Below are positions 17,808 to 25,953 of a stretch of DNA of 64,000 nt, piece by piece. The notes beneath the pieces were generated by a model that worked only from the letters and a program-made list of their open reading frames with translations, had not been told where the DNA came from and searched no databases. This DNA is from Myxococcales bacterium (GTDB lineage: Bacteria; Myxococcota_A; Polyangia; Polyangiales; Polyangiaceae), in assembly GCA_016794345.1 (NCBI GenBank), contig JAEUKE010000200.1, positions 99,037 to 163,036 of the forward strand. Direction: 5' to 3'. Within the stretch, counting starts at the first letter, position 1. The number at the start of each line of letters is the position of its first letter. Made by a program: the position numbers and the translations under genes.

Positions 17808-19241
17808 TCAGCCGCGCCGCTTGCCCGTGCGCAGGATCTGGAAATACCGCCGCGCGATGCCGGACGCCTCCGCCGCTTTGGCGACATTTCCGTCATGCTC
17901 TGCCAGGACCGCGGCGATGTAGCGCGCCTCGAAGCTCTCGATGACCCGGAGTCGCGCGAGGGGGAGCGGGAGCTTCTGCGCGATGACCGTCTCGACGATG
18001 TCGCCGCCGCGCTCCGAGACGCGCGCGACCTCGCCTCCCTCGTCTTCACCCCGGACCCCATCGCCGAGCTCTCCGAGCGCGATCCAGCGCGCGACTGCGT
18101 TTCGCAGCTGCCGCACGTTCCCCGGCCACGACGCGCGCTCCCACGTGGCGAGCAGATCCGCCGGCGGACCCGGCGGCGCGCCGCCCAGCTCGCGCCAGAA
18201 ATGCCGCGCGAGCACGGCGACGTCCCCTTTTCGCTTTCGGAGCGGGGGAAGCTCGACGCGCCCTACCGCGAGCCGATGGTAGAGGTCGTCCCGGAATCGG
18301 CCCTCTTGCACCGCGCGGTCGAGATCGCGCCGGGTGGCGGCGAGGAGGCGCACGTCGATCTGGATCGGCTCGGCGCCGCCCACGCGCCGCACCTCGCGAC
18401 GCTCGATGGCTCGCAAGAGCTTGGGCTGGAGCGAGAGGTCGAGATCGCCGATCTCGTCGATGAGGAGCGTCCCTCCGGAGGCCTGCTCGAAGAAGCCCTT
18501 CCGCGTCGCCGTCGCGCCGGTGAACGCGCCGCGCTCGTGTCCGAAGAGCTCCGCCTCCATCAAGCTGGCCGGGACGGCGGTGCAGTCGAACACCACGAAC
18601 GGCCCGGCGGCGCGCGCGCTCGCGTCGTGGATCGACTCGGCCAGCACCTCTTTCCCGGTTCCGGTCTCCCCCTCGATGACGACGGGCACGTCGGAGGCGG
18701 CGAGCTTGCGGAACAGCGGATAGAGCCGCGACAGCTCCCGGCTGGCGCCCACCACCTTGCAGAAGCCTTCTTCGACGGCCGGCGTCGCCGGAAGAGCGGA
18801 CGCGCTGCGCGAGAGCCGGAGCGTGGTCGCGCCCAGACGGATCGACTCGTCCCCTCGGAGGTAGGCGCACGCGATCGAGACCCCGTCGACGAAGGTCCCG
18901 TTCGTCGAGTCGAGGTCCGTCAAGACGAGGCGGCTCTCGCTCGCCTCGATCGAGAGATGGCGGCGCGAGACGTGACGATCGGTCAGCCGCAGGTCACACG
19001 ACGGGCTCTGCCCGACGAGCACGGGGCCGGCCTGCCCCGGCTGCAGCTCGAGCGCTGCCCCGCGGTCCGGGCCCTCGGCGACCGACAACCTCCAGCCGGC
19101 CGGACGCTCTTCGGGGCGCCTCGACGGCTGTATCGCGGTGGCGCCGCCTTCGAGATCCGCGAGGTCGTGCTCGTCCACGCACGAGACTCTACCACTGCCC
19201 GGGCGGGCCCCGAGATCAGTTGAATTTTCTGTACCGTCCAC
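17808..19241 (-). CDS. FHA-domain sigma-54-dependent transcriptional activator (bEBP)
   Basis: FHA: GQSPSCDLRLTDRHVSRRHLSI...TDLDSTNGTFVDG. AAA+: VVIEGETGTGKE, GAFTGA, LLIDEIGD. C-terminal HTH NVAKAAEASGIARRYF. GTG at 19241, with an alternative GTG at 19178. Confidence 0.9.
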   Translation of the reverse strand: MDGTENSTDLGARPGSGRVSCVDEHDLADLEGGATAIQPSRRPEERPAGWRLSVAEGPDRGAALELQPGQAGPVLVGQSPSCDLRLTDRHVSRRHLSIEASESRLVLTDLDSTNGTFVDGVSIACAYLRGDESIRLGATTLRLSRSASALPATPAVEEGFCKVVGASRELSRLYPLFRKLAASDVPVVIEGETGTGKEVLAESIHDASARAAGPFVVFDCTAVPASLMEAELFGHERGAFTGATATRKGFFEQASGGTLLIDEIGDLDLSLQPKLLRAIERREVRRVGGAEPIQIDVRLLAATRRDLDRAVQEGRFRDDLYHRLAVGRVELPPLRKRKGDVAVLARHFWRELGGAPPGPPADLLATWERASWPGNVRQLRNAVARWIALGELGDGVRGEDEGGEVARVSERGGDIVETVIAQKLPLPLARLRVIESFEARYIAAVLAEHDGNVAKAAEASGIARRYFQILRTGKRRG

Positions 19242-20781
19242 CCGAGGCGCTCGAGGCGGGCGGCGCCGTGGGGCGGGCTGGGGGCCGCCCGCGGAGGGCG
19301 GGCTTGAGCGAGAGCGCGAGGCGCTGATCGACGTCCGGCGTGACGCGCTCCGAGAGAGGCTCGTACCCCTCGAGCCGGAGCTCGAGCGCGACGGGCTCCG
19401 CGCCGCGGTCCAGCGCGAGCTTCTGCGGCGTCGGGCCTCGATCGGTCTCGCCGACCCAGACGTGCGCGCCGGGCGGGCTCGTCGTGATCTCGATGACCAC
19501 CGAAGCGGGTGTGGCCGGGGTGACGCTGGGCTCCGCCGGCGCCGGCGAAGCGGGCGCGAACGCGCTCGGCTCCGGCGAGGTCCCGCCCGCCTCCGGCCGC
19601 GCCCGCAGCCCGCCTATCGCAAAGGCCGACGCGGCGAGCAGCGCCGCGGCCGCGCCGACATAAAGCGGGGCCCGCCTCGACCACTTGGGGGGAGCGCCCG
19701 GTGCGGCCGCGCCCGCGGCGGCCGGCGTCGGCTCGGGGCGCGTCGCGACGGTCGCGACGACGGGCGGCTCGACCTGCAGATCGACCTCGGGGGGCGGCAG
19801 GACCGCCGGGGCGCCGCCGCTCCGCAGCTCCCGGATCATGACGGTTTTGTTTTCCAAGCGATCGGCGAAGAGCGCGCGCATCCGCTCGGCGAGGAGCTCG
19901 TCGTGGACGCCCACGTTTGGGGTCGTCCGCAGGAAGGCCACGAGCTCCCGCCGCATCTCGTCCGCCGTGGCGAACCGCTTGTCTACGTCGCGCTCGAGCG
20001 CGCGCAGGCAGATGGCCTCGAGCTGCGCGGGGTAGTCCGGGTCGATCGAGCGCGGCGCCGGGATCGGGTCCTCGCAGACGGCGCGGAGCGAGGCGACCTC
20101 GTTGCCGCGCCGGAAGAGCCGCTTGCCGACGGAGAGCTCGTAGAGGAGCACGCCGAGCGCGAAGACGTCGCTCCGCCTGTCGAGCGGCTCTGCCCGGCAC
20201 TGCTCGGGCGACATGTACTCGACCTTGCCCTTCAGCTCTCCGGTCCGCGTGCGCGTGGCCCGATCGATCGCCTTGGCGATGCCGAAGTCGAGGACCTTCA
20301 CGCGCCCCGTGTAGGTGATCATGATGTTCTGCGGCGAGACGTCCCGGTGCACGATCTGCTGCGGCCGCCCCTCCGTGTCGACAAGCTCGTGCGCTGCGTG
20401 TAGGCCCGAGCAGGCCTGGGCGACGATGAACACGGCGAGCTCGACGCCGATCTGCATCTTGTCGACCCAGTGGCGCCGCATGAAGCCCCCGAGGCTCTCG
20501 CCTTCGACGAGCTCCATCGCCAGGTAGAGCTCGTCGCCGTCACGGCCGAGCTCGATGACCTGCACCACGTTCGGATGATCGATCTTGGCGACGATGCGCG
20601 CTTCGTCGAGGAACATGTCCACGAACGCCGCCTCGCGCGCCAGGTGCGGCAAGATGCGCTTGAGCACCACGACGCGCTCGAAGCCGCTCGGCCCCATGAG
20701 CCGGCCGAGGTGCACCTCGGCCATGCCCCCCGTCGCGAGCAAGCCGATGACCTCGTAGCGTCCCAGCCGGGTGGGGCTCAC
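19216..20781 (-). CDS. Ser/Thr protein kinase with TM segment and periplasmic PEGA domain
   Basis: GGMAEVHLG, VLKRI, HRDVSPQNIMI, DFGIAKA, SPEQ. The C-terminus has a TM helix and the PEGA-like VIEITTSPPGAHVWVGETDRGPTP. GTG at 20781 overlaps the upstream stop (GTGA). Confidence 0.92.
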   Translation of the reverse strand: MSPTRLGRYEVIGLLATGGMAEVHLGRLMGPSGFERVVVLKRILPHLAREAAFVDMFLDEARIVAKIDHPNVVQVIELGRDGDELYLAMELVEGESLGGFMRRHWVDKMQIGVELAVFIVAQACSGLHAAHELVDTEGRPQQIVHRDVSPQNIMITYTGRVKVLDFGIAKAIDRATRTRTGELKGKVEYMSPEQCRAEPLDRRSDVFALGVLLYELSVGKRLFRRGNEVASLRAVCEDPIPAPRSIDPDYPAQLEAICLRALERDVDKRFATADEMRRELVAFLRTTPNVGVHDELLAERMRALFADRLENKTVMIRELRSGGAPAVLPPPEVDLQVEPPVVATVATRPEPTPAAAGAAAPGAPPKWSRRAPLYVGAAAALLAASAFAIGGLRARPEAGGTSPEPSAFAPASPAPAEPSVTPATPASVVIEITTSPPGAHVWVGETDRGPTPQKLALDRGAEPVALELRLEGYEPLSERVTPDVDQRLALSLKPALRGRPPARPTAPPASSASGGRYRKFN

Positions 20782-21752
20782 GGACCGCTGCAGCAACGAA
20801 AACCCCAGTCGTGCGAGGCGGCGCTGCGATCCGGGCGCCGCTCGAAGTTGGACGAGCACCTCGCGAAGTCGCGATCGGGGGTGCTGTCGTCCGCCCAGAA
20901 CGCGCCCCCGCGGAGCAGGCAGTTGTCCCCGGCCGGATCACCGGTGAGGTCACACGCGTCTTCCCACTCCTCGACGTTGCCCACCATGTCGAAGATGCCC
21001 GCGTAGCCGCCCTCACAGTCGGCGAACCAGCCCGAGCCCACGAGATCCGCTCCGTTGCCGGAGGTGTTGCACGAGCTGGGCTCCACCGTGTCGCCGTAGG
21101 GAAAGGCGAGCGTCCCGCCGGCGCTGCAGGCCGCGTACCACTCGCTCTGCGCCGGGTCGTTGACGTCGGCCTCGTCGAGCGAGCTGCCACCCCCGCGACG
21201 ACCGCAGAGGTGTTTGCCAGCCCACGCGCAATAGGCGGCGGCGTCACACCAATCCACGCACGACATCGGGAACGCGGCCTTGGAAAAGTCGAAGGGAGAG
21301 AGGCAACCGGCTGCGTCGTCGACCAGTGGCTCGAACGACACGTTCCACTGACACCAGGCGACCTGGGAGGCTGGGTCGACGGCGTCGGCGAGGAAGACGG
21401 CGTAGTCGCCGCGCGTGACCTCGAGCGCGTCGATTCCGAACCCGCCCGCGTCGACGACAGGCACCATGGGACAAGCGCTGCACCCCGGCGAGCCGCAGAG
21501 GCCCTGGCAAGGACCGGCGCCCGTGGTCGAGGTCGTCGCCGTGCTCCCCCCGCCGAAGCCACCGGTCCCCGCGACCGCGTCGCTACGGGTACACGTCTGC
21601 GTTCCCCCGTCGCAGGTGTAGCCATCCGGGCAAGGACACGGTCGGCCCTCGATGTCCACCTCGGGGACGACGCACCCTACGAAGAGCAGGCCTGCCAGAC
21701 CGAAGAACCGCACGTCCTGCCGAGCGTACCAGGAAGCGTCGCCATCTGACAT
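20778..21752 (-). CDS. Formylglycine-generating-enzyme (SUMF1/DUF323) family lipoprotein
   Basis: VDWCDAAAYCAWAGKHLC, EWYAAC, YPYGD, GNVEEWEDAC, LRGGAF, GFRCC. N-terminal FVGC lipobox. Start is ambiguous (21752-21788). Confidence 0.85.
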   Translation of the reverse strand: MSDGDASWYARQDVRFFGLAGLLFVGCVVPEVDIEGRPCPCPDGYTCDGGTQTCTRSDAVAGTGGFGGGSTATTSTTGAGPCQGLCGSPGCSACPMVPVVDAGGFGIDALEVTRGDYAVFLADAVDPASQVAWCQWNVSFEPLVDDAAGCLSPFDFSKAAFPMSCVDWCDAAAYCAWAGKHLCGRRGGGSSLDEADVNDPAQSEWYAACSAGGTLAFPYGDTVEPSSCNTSGNGADLVGSGWFADCEGGYAGIFDMVGNVEEWEDACDLTGDPAGDNCLLRGGAFWADDSTPDRDFARCSSNFERRPDRSAASHDWGFRCCSGP

Positions 21753-21753
21753 C

Positions 21754-22557
21754 ATGCACCGCGTGCAAGACGACGCGCGCATCATCATCTTTCGGAGCCG
21801 GCTGCGTGCGGGAGTCGATGCCGTCTACGCGGAGCGCGCCGACGCGATGCTCAAGATCGCCGAGTCGATGCCGGGCTTCGTCTCGTCGGCCGACTTCGTC
21901 TCGGACGACGGCGAGCGCCTCGCGCTGATGGAGTTCGACTCGCCGGAGCACCTCCGGAAATGGCGCGTGCACGACCAGCACCGGGCGACCCAGGCCGAGG
22001 GGCGGGCCGCATGGTACGACGCGTACACCCTCCAGGTCTGCGCGGTGCTGCGCGAGTCGACGTTCGATCGACGCAAGGACGCGGCCGAGCTGCCGCCAGT
22101 GAACAAGGGCCCGCTGCCCACGGTGACCGCCGAGGGCGGCTGCGCTTGCGGAGCCTTGCGCTACCGCGTGATGGGGCCGGTCGTCGCCTCCACGTTGTGC
22201 CATTGCGCGGACTGCCGCCGCGCGTGCGGCGCGACGCCGGTCGGCTGGCTCACGCTGGCCCGCTCCGGCTTCACCTGGCTGGCCGGCACCCCGAAGCGCC
22301 GCGCCTCGTCGCCCCCCGTCGTCCGGGACTTCTGCGGAGATTGCGGCGCCCAGCTCGTGTACGTCTCCGAGGAGGAGCCCGAGTACATCGACGTCACGCT
22401 CGGCTCCCTCGACGACCCCGATCTCGTGCCGCCGCGGGCCCACATCTGGACGTCCTCCAAGGCGGCCTGGCTCCACCTTCGCGACGAGCTCTGGCGGTTC
22501 CCGAGAGGCCTGCGCGACGGCAAGGCCGAGCGATACAGCGAGGGTCGGTTGCCTTGA
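21754..22557 (+). CDS. Fusion of ABM (antibiotic-biosynthesis-monooxygenase-like) and GFA/CENP-V zinc domain
   Basis: N-terminus IIIFRSRL..MPGFVSSADFVSDDGERLALMEFDSPEHLRKW resembles a ferredoxin-like ABM. C-terminus CACGALRY..CHCADCRRACG..FCGDCGAQL matches the GFA Cys pattern. Confidence 0.8.
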   Translation: MHRVQDDARIIIFRSRLRAGVDAVYAERADAMLKIAESMPGFVSSADFVSDDGERLALMEFDSPEHLRKWRVHDQHRATQAEGRAAWYDAYTLQVCAVLRESTFDRRKDAAELPPVNKGPLPTVTAEGGCACGALRYRVMGPVVASTLCHCADCRRACGATPVGWLTLARSGFTWLAGTPKRRASSPPVVRDFCGDCGAQLVYVSEEEPEYIDVTLGSLDDPDLVPPRAHIWTSSKAAWLHLRDELWRFPRGLRDGKAERYSEGRLP

Positions 22558-22606
22558 CCGACCCTCGCCATTGACGATCGAGCGGCGGGTGCAGAGGGGG
22601 GGGCTT

Positions 22607-22656
22607 GTTTGCCGCGGAAAGGGCTCTCACCCAAGGGAGCCCTTGGAGCGGCAAAC
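22607..22656. terminator. Compound hairpin between convergent genes (9-bp stem, 3x3 internal loop, 8-bp stem, 10-nt loop)
   Basis: GTTTGCCGC-GGA-AAGGGCTC-tcacccaagg-GAGCCCTT-GGA-GCGGCAAAC, read directly. There is no U-tract, so the terminator role is inferred from position only. Confidence 0.4.
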
Positions 22657-22704
22657 TCGATCACGGCAACCGAACACCGCTGTAGCCGCGCGCGCGAGCA
22701 CCGC

Positions 22705-24174
22705 TCAGGTCAGGTTCGGGAGCGGCCCCTGGTGGACGACGTGGTTGCTCCCGAAATGGGTGTCGGTACCGCCGAAGGCCTGGAGCATCGACGTGAAGAG
22801 GTTGTGGGTGGACTCGTTCGTCGCGTATTCGAGCGTGTCCGGGTTCTGCGCCGCAAACGTGTTGTAGTCGATGTGGCGCCCGGTCTTGAAATAGTGGCCC
22901 GCGCTCCCGGCCAGGAGGACCAGCGCGCCGGCCGACACGTGGCTGGCGGGCTCGCTGAACTCGCTCGTCCAGAACATCAGGCTGTTGTCGAGCATGGTGC
23001 TCCCGCCTTCCATGAAGGCGGGATCGTCGAGGCCCTCGGCGATCTGCTGGAACAGGCTCATTCGCCAGCGACGGTTGTCGAGCATCTCGGCGACCCACGG
23101 CTGCGCGAGGTCCGGGTAGGCGCCGGTCGGGCCGACGTCACGCGCGTAGTGCCCGAGCGAATGGCCGATGCCGAACCCCGAATCGACCTGGAGGCCGGCC
23201 GCGGTCCACGGCGTGAGGATGTCGGCGATCTCGAGGTTGGCGACGTTCGTCAGCCCACAACGGAGCGCGGCCAGGATGATCTTCGCGTGGAGCGGCCCGA
23301 CGATGTCCCCGGACGCCGACCCGTCGGCGGAGATGCCCGTCGGTGGCTCGCACAGGACCGGCGCCGCGAGCAGCTCCTTGTGGAGGTCGTTCAGGTGATC
23401 GAGGTGAGCGTCGATCTTGTGGATGTCCGACTGGCTCACGACGCCGCGGAACTGGCTGTAGCTGTCCATGACGCCTTCGACCACGAGGCGGCGCTTGAGC
23501 TTCAGGTGCTCGTAGGCCGGGTCGGGCTGGTCTGGGTTCACACCTTCGAAGATGGTGTTGAACGCGGCGACGGGGCTCTCCTCCCCATACACGCGCTGGT
23601 TGGCGCCCGCGTAATACGGAGACCCGTATTGGTGGCCGGTCACGGTGAGGTGGATGCGCTTGAACTTCACCGGGTACTTCTCGGCGAGCCGCTCGGCGAG
23701 CACGTGGTCGATCGACGGGCCGAGCGACTCCGACTCTCCCTCGTCCGCCGCCGTCGCGGCGTCCGCCGCGGTGAGCGCGGTGACGTTCGAGATACCGTGC
23801 CCGCCGCTGCCGTATTGGGCTTGCTGCCCGGCGGCCATGTTGTCCACCCCGCGCAGGACGAGCAGCTTCGACTTCACCGCCTCGAGGTCCTGCATGATCG
23901 GCCCGAGGACGAGATCCTCCCCGGGGTCGGCCGGACGCCAGTAGTCGGTGGCGAGATACTCGGAGTTGCCGTCGTGGAACCCGGAGTGGCTCTGACTGGT
24001 GAGCGTCCCGCCGTGCTCGAACACGGTGATGAACCGTCGAGCGCTCTCTCCGGCGGACCACGCCTTGCCATGCGTGAGCTCGAGCAGCGGCAGACCGAGC
24101 AGCGCGCCGCCCGCCCGGCGGAGGAACGCGCGACGCCGGGAGTTCTTCAGCGCTTTGACAAGCTCGCGGCTCAT
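22705..24174 (-). CDS. DUF1552-family protein with Tat-like signal
   Basis: MSRELVKALKNSRRRAFLRRAGGALLG is a twin-Arg leader. Its partnership with the upstream DUF1592-type gene is typical. ATGA overlap at 24171-24174. Confidence 0.85.
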   Translation of the reverse strand: MSRELVKALKNSRRRAFLRRAGGALLGLPLLELTHGKAWSAGESARRFITVFEHGGTLTSQSHSGFHDGNSEYLATDYWRPADPGEDLVLGPIMQDLEAVKSKLLVLRGVDNMAAGQQAQYGSGGHGISNVTALTAADAATAADEGESESLGPSIDHVLAERLAEKYPVKFKRIHLTVTGHQYGSPYYAGANQRVYGEESPVAAFNTIFEGVNPDQPDPAYEHLKLKRRLVVEGVMDSYSQFRGVVSQSDIHKIDAHLDHLNDLHKELLAAPVLCEPPTGISADGSASGDIVGPLHAKIILAALRCGLTNVANLEIADILTPWTAAGLQVDSGFGIGHSLGHYARDVGPTGAYPDLAQPWVAEMLDNRRWRMSLFQQIAEGLDDPAFMEGGSTMLDNSLMFWTSEFSEPASHVSAGALVLLAGSAGHYFKTGRHIDYNTFAAQNPDTLEYATNESTHNLFTSMLQAFGGTDTHFGSNHVVHQGPLPNLT

Positions 24175-25847
24175 TGTCCGACCTCCGACACGTTGATGTA
24201 ACGGAACGCATCGCTCGCGATGATCGCGAGCACCAAGTCGCGCATGCTGCCTCCGTCGGCGAACTGCGTCTGGATCGTCTCGAGCGAGCAGGTGTCGAGG
24301 GCTCCGAGGGCCTCGCCGATCGCCTCCCGGTACCAGCGATCCGCGAAACACGCGCGCACCCTCTCGCTGGAAGAGAGCCGCTGCGAGAGCTCCACCGCGC
24401 CCACGACCGGCCCGTCGACGTCGCCGGTGGTGGCGATGGTGCCGCTGTTGTCGACCGGCAAGCCGGTCGTCACCTCCTCGGTCTGCCACTTGCCGATCGA
24501 GTCGTAGGTCTCGAACGTGAAGCCGACGGGGTTGATGATGTTGTGGCAGGACGCGCACTGGGGATCCGTGGTGGTCCGGAGCGTTACCTCCTCGCGCACG
24601 GTGAGCTGCTTGCCGTCGACGACGCCCCCCTCCACCTTGACGTTGTTGGCGTTCGCCGGCGGCTCACCGAGCTCGCTGCACAACATCTCCTCGACCACCC
24701 AGACCCCGCGACGGATGGGCGCGGTCACCTTCGCCGTCGACAGGACCGTCAGGAACGCGGCCCTGGTCAGGATGCCGGCGCGCTGGGCGGGGTCGAGCTC
24801 GACCCACTGCCAGGTCGACTCGTCGGTCGGGCCGGGCACGCCGTAGAGCGCCGCGAGCGGGCCGTTCACGTAGGCGCGGTTGGAGGTCAGGAGATCCGCG
24901 AGCGAGCCGTTGTCCTCGAAGAACACGCGCCGCACGAACGCCTCGGTCTCGGCGCGCATGGCGGCGCGCAGCGCCGGATCGAACTCGGGGTAGAGCGCCG
25001 CGTCCTTGTCGGCCTCCTCGAGCGCGTGGTGGAGGATCCCGCCGTCGAGCTGAAGCCAGTGCGACACGAACCGCTGCACGGCTCGCTCGGCGCGCGGGTC
25101 GTCGAGCAAGCGCGCGGCCTGGGTCGCGAGCCCGTCGGCCTCGTCGAGCTCACCGCTCTCCGCGGACGCGAAGAGCGCGTCGTCGGGCATCGTGTTCCAC
25201 AGGAGGTACGAGAGGCGCGACGCGACCTCGTAGCTCTTGAGCTTCCGCGTCGTCTCCGAGGCGTCGCCTTCGCCGGCCTCGAACAGGTAGACGAAGGCGG
25301 GGTCCTGCAGGACGACCTGGAAGAGCATCTCCATCGACTCCTGGAAGGTCATCCCGGCGCCGCGCGCGTTCGCGTACACAGCCTTGAGGCTCACGCGCTC
25401 GGCGTCGGTCACGGGTCTTCGGAACGCGCGGGTCACGAAGCCGGAGAGGAAGTCGTCGACACAGACGTCGCCGGCGTCGGAGGCGATGTCACAAGGGAAG
25501 ACCGGCTTGGTCCACGAGCCGCTCCGGGAGATCGCGCGCTCCGCGCCGTCACGCAGGGCGCGCACCTCGCTCTCCGTGATGATCTCGCCCCCTTCCCCGA
25601 GGTCGCCGGTGAACCCCTCGTCGCCGAGGAGCTCGCGCATCGTGTTTTCGTATTGCTCCGGGCTCAACCGGCGCAGCGGGCGCGCGGCGCCGTGGATGCC
25701 GACCTCCTCACACGACTGCGGGCCGGTCCCCGGGCCGTCTTCGTCCGAAGCGCCCCCACCGATGTCGCCGATGCAGCCGACCGAGGTCACCGCTGCCAGG
25801 GCTACCACCGAGGCCAACCGGAGCGCGTCGAAGCGTCGCGTCGTCAT
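24171..25847 (-). CDS. DUF1592/DUF1588/DUF1595-type lipoprotein with CxxCH motif
   Basis: Signal peptide with SVGC. PQCASCHNIINPVGFTFE (CxxCH) lies in the DUF1588-like C-terminal part. ATG at 25847, with 25865 also possible. Confidence 0.85.
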   Translation of the reverse strand: MTTRRFDALRLASVVALAAVTSVGCIGDIGGGASDEDGPGTGPQSCEEVGIHGAARPLRRLSPEQYENTMRELLGDEGFTGDLGEGGEIITESEVRALRDGAERAISRSGSWTKPVFPCDIASDAGDVCVDDFLSGFVTRAFRRPVTDAERVSLKAVYANARGAGMTFQESMEMLFQVVLQDPAFVYLFEAGEGDASETTRKLKSYEVASRLSYLLWNTMPDDALFASAESGELDEADGLATQAARLLDDPRAERAVQRFVSHWLQLDGGILHHALEEADKDAALYPEFDPALRAAMRAETEAFVRRVFFEDNGSLADLLTSNRAYVNGPLAALYGVPGPTDESTWQWVELDPAQRAGILTRAAFLTVLSTAKVTAPIRRGVWVVEEMLCSELGEPPANANNVKVEGGVVDGKQLTVREEVTLRTTTDPQCASCHNIINPVGFTFETYDSIGKWQTEEVTTGLPVDNSGTIATTGDVDGPVVGAVELSQRLSSSERVRACFADRWYREAIGEALGALDTCSLETIQTQFADGGSMRDLVLAIIASDAFRYINVSEVGQ

Positions 25848-25953
25848 GGCGCGCACGCCTTGCACCCCTTGTGCCAGCCGGAGACGGCCTCTATCTCCGC
25901 ACGAATCCGCCCTGGGAGCAGCGGGGGGTGATCAGGTTGATCCGACCCGAGGA

